From Lama guanicoe (taxonomy: Eukaryota), in contig MU053934.1 in the NCBI GenBank assembly GCA_013239625.1, positions 1,147,285 through 1,211,284 of the forward strand: 64,000 nt of DNA, written 5' to 3'. This document shows, in pieces, positions 62,287-64,000 of the stretch (the first letter of the stretch is position 1; each line of letters opens with the position of its first letter). The notes under the pieces are model-generated. The model searched no databases, was not told the DNA's origin, and saw only the letters and a program-made list of their open reading frames with translations. Position numbers and translations under genes: made by a program.

Positions 62287-62527
62287 TGACTCTTTGTTCA
62301 AAGTCATAAATTGTAGTGAGGTTGTTTTTGAGGTTGGAGTCATCATGCTAGACTTATGAAGCTATTTAAAGATATGAATATGGCCTTTTCCCCTAAACTG
62401 TTTTCCAATCAAATGAAAGAGACTATATACAACATGGACAAATATTAAAGAGTTAAATCATAATACATTGCTTTGTAGCTGATAACTCTAAGCAAGACAT
62501 TATTTTTCACAAAATAAATGGTCTAGA

Positions 62528-62752
62528 TTGGGCATCAGCAAACAACAGCCCAGGAACCAAATTCAGCCCCCGACTTGATTTTGTAAAGACAGTATTTTTG
62601 GAAAACAGCCACCCTGTTTGTGTAAGTATTATCTCTGGCTACTTTCCTACCACAATAGCAGAGTTGAGTCATTGCAACAGAAACCATTTGGTTCACAAAG
62701 CCTAAAATATTTAATATCTGTCCCTTTACATACACAGTTTACTGGCCCTTGA
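62528..62752 (-). mobile_element. hAT-Charlie MER58A-like
   Basis: GCAGAGTTGAGTCATTGCAACAGAAACC...CAAAGCCTAAAATATTTAATATCTGTCCCTTTACA. Confidence 0.88.
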
Positions 62753-63099
62753 TTTATATGAAAAAGGATAGATCCTTCAAAAAGTGAGCCGCAGAGGTCT
62801 CGGAAGGCTCCCTGGAGGAAAGGGTTCTTCAGAGAGCCCTTAGAATGGGACAGGTGATGGAAAGGGAAAGAGAAAGGAAGGGTTCCATAATCCTAGAATC
62901 ACAGAGTGGAAGTGGAAGGAACCTGACAGGCAGCTGTGCAGCTTGTCCACAGGATGGAGTCCTCTTTGGACCACACCTGGCAGGTGTCTGTTTAGACAGG
63001 CTCTTCTGGACCTCTTGCATGTCATGCCACAGGACAGCAGGAACCACAGTGCTCCATCCCAGGGTTGGCCAGCCACGGTGATCAGCCAGCACTTCTTTC

Positions 63100-63350
63100 T
63101 AAGATGCTGAAACTGACTTCCCTGTAATTTCTGCTTGGTTGTTTCTCCACATTTCCACCCTCAGGTATTTGGAAAGGCCAGTTAGCTGCTTCCAGAGTCC
63201 TCTTTACAACAGACTAAACTTCCTGTAGAACAGTTCCCAGATGTGGTTCTCAGTCTCTTGACCATCATCACTGGCCTCCCCTAAACACTCTTGTGTGTGA
63301 ATACCCATTTCCAGGATGGCACCACACGTCAGTCTTGCTGCTCCACAGAT
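63100..63350 (-). mobile_element. Probable L3/CR1 fragment
   Basis: GTATTTGGAAAGGCC...AGTCCTCTTTACAACAGACTAAAC resembles antisense L3. Confidence 0.45.
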
Positions 63351-64000
63351 TTCTGTCTTCTGTGGTTCTTGGGCACCCTTTTTTCTCCCCTCGGTAGCTG
63401 CCATCAAGTGCAGTGTGTTTGAAAGAGCTTAGCTTTAGCAGCTTACCAGCCTTCATATAAATCCCGGATCCTCTTTTTTTTATCTCTGTAAGCCTCAGTC
63501 CCCTTGTCTTTTAAATACTGACTGCAGGATTACCATAAGGACTAGAGATGATAGTTGTAAAGTGCCCAGGACATACTCAACACTCAATAAATTGTAATTA
63601 TATTTATTGTTCTAGTTGCCACTTCTACTAATGAAATCTGATGTCACAGGGCAACCAGCCCACAAGGCAAGCTTCAATTTTTGTGAAAATTCCCGGCATC
63701 TGTTCCCATAAAATATTTACAATCTTTTTTTTTTCTAGGAAAAGCAGAGTCCTAATTTGCCCCAGCAGAGATCTGAATCCAATTACACACTGCCCTTCCA
63801 GATGCCTGGCTCCCTCTGTGTTCATTTTCCTCCAGTTCTTATCAGGAGCTCCCTCTGCGGGGGCAGCTCCATGATCCCGGCATCTTTGCTTTGACCTTCT
63901 CCCTGCCTTCCTGGCTCCTTGGAGCAGCACGGTGGGCTCTGACTGGAGCTTGTCCCATAGACCTCACTCTGCTCCTTCACATGGCTGGACTGTAAACAAA

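Noticed and set aside
1..64000. A novel multi-gene system, CRISPR array, tRNA or rRNA gene
   Set aside because: Eukaryotic repeat-rich DNA with no intact long ORFs, operon-like structure, repeat-spacer arrays or recognisable structural RNA genes. Small exons or lncRNA exons cannot be excluded by eye

Overview
Repeat-rich, apparently intergenic or intronic DNA from a placental mammal, most likely a camelid (inferred from young L1 3' ends and no recognisable Alu, Bov-tA, CHR-2 or PRE-1 SINEs). I find no supportable protein-coding exon, RNA gene or CRISPR array. The supplied ORFs are random or derived from transposons. The main structure is a fossil ERV-L provirus on the minus strand (~2966-10648). 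It keeps two LTR33-like LTRs, a PBS, a PPT and readable gag, protease, RT, integrase and dUTPase remnants, lacks RNase H through an internal deletion, and carries five nested LTR insertions. The rest is L2, MIR, L3, old L1, MaLR/ERV LTRs and DNA-transposon fossils. Six young L1 3' ends show mechanistic signatures: TSDs, a twin-priming inversion and short 3' transductions. Several repeat-free blocks rich in homeobox, Pbx/Meis, Fox and Sox motifs look like developmental enhancers. I see no evidence for a new biological system. Repeat family names come from recalled consensus sequences and need Dfam/RepeatMasker confirmation. Boundaries are approximate unless TSDs are given.
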